Shown here: piece after piece, positions 63,928 to 64,000 of the stretch | How positions within the stretch are numbered: position 1 is the stretch's first letter | How the letters are laid out: every line of letters starts with the position of its first letter | DNA from: Synergistota bacterium | GTDB lineage: Bacteria; Synergistota; GBS-1 | Reading direction: 5' to 3' | Assembly (NCBI GenBank): GCA_025060595.1 | Contig: JANXBX010000006.1 | Coordinates: 65,657-129,656 of the forward strand | Length of the DNA stretch: 64,000 nucleotides | Program-made: the position numbers and the translations under genes | Notes under the pieces: generated by a model | Told to the model about the DNA's origin: nothing | Databases searched by the model: none | What the model saw: only the letters and a program-made list of their open reading frames with translations

Positions 63928-64000
63928 CTAAATACCCCCTTTCTGCATTTTTTTAAATAATAAAATTTGTTAAAAAACATTAACAGTAAGCGATATGGTG

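Noticed and set aside
1-64000. Search for tRNA or rRNA genes, CRISPR arrays, integrases, transposases and phage or defence islands
   Set aside because: I found no cloverleaf-compatible segments, rRNA-like blocks or direct-repeat arrays. No ORF carries DDE, tyrosine-recombinase, restriction-modification, toxin-antitoxin or Cas-like motifs. The only rearrangement signatures are the truncated TRAP permease with its palindrome and the orphan SPASM fragment.

Overview
The window is a densely coded chromosomal segment, apparently from a moderately AT-rich anaerobic bacterium, probably thermophilic. I see no rRNA, tRNA, CRISPR array, integrase or transposase.

Gene content by region:
- 1-18.2 kb: a peptide / D-amino-acid / amide utilisation island. 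It holds an AbgT transporter, three M20 and metal-dependent amidohydrolases, a D-aminoacylase, Asp/Glu-racemase-fold and AroM-fold proteins, DUF917, two M29-type aminopeptidase-like proteins, an OPT-like permease and a YfcC permease. Inserted in it are a Zn/Cd-type P1B ATPase, a methyl-accepting chemotaxis protein (MCP) with an unusual C-terminal Cache-like domain, and an SfsA-DUF123 (GIY-YIG-like) fusion protein.
- 18-22.5 kb: a PAS-GAF-GAF-HD-GYP phosphodiesterase diverging from a dCache MCP.
- 22.5-33.4 kb: an organic-acid block. It has malic enzyme, two-subunit class I fumarase or tartrate dehydratase, a GntR regulator, an Ldh_2 dehydrogenase, TctCBA with a 57-aa ferredoxin gene that the six-frame track missed, and a CoA-transferase A/B pair.
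- 33.4-38 kb: tungsten-type aldehyde:ferredoxin oxidoreductase with a MoaD-like GG protein, a cupin, a creatininase-family protein and a nitroreductase.
- 38.2-43.3 kb: a prepilin-type protein, a clostripain (C11) protease with a choice-of-anchor-D-like beta domain and a putative C-terminal sorting tail, a WbaP-type sugar transferase and a GT4 glycosyltransferase.
- 43.4-49.6 kb: a complete LysW amino-group-carrier biosynthetic operon (lysX, lysW, a second RimK ligase, lysY, lysZ, lysJ, lysK). It is preceded by a near-consensus promoter, a 37-aa Lys-rich leader ORF and an intrinsic terminator with an alternative antiterminator pairing, a candidate leader-peptide attenuator.
- 49.7-64 kb: transporters (ArsB/NhaD-like, sodium:solute symporter, GntP), a TPR protein, an orphan SPASM-domain fragment, a soluble MCP signalling domain fused to a C-terminal PhnD-type binding domain, a DUF362 Fe-S protein, DUF59, cupin, an enolase-superfamily enzyme, a GntR regulator, a methyltransferase, a 52-bp perfect palindrome next to a truncated and frameshifted TAXI-TRAP permease pseudogene, and an intact TAXI binding protein.
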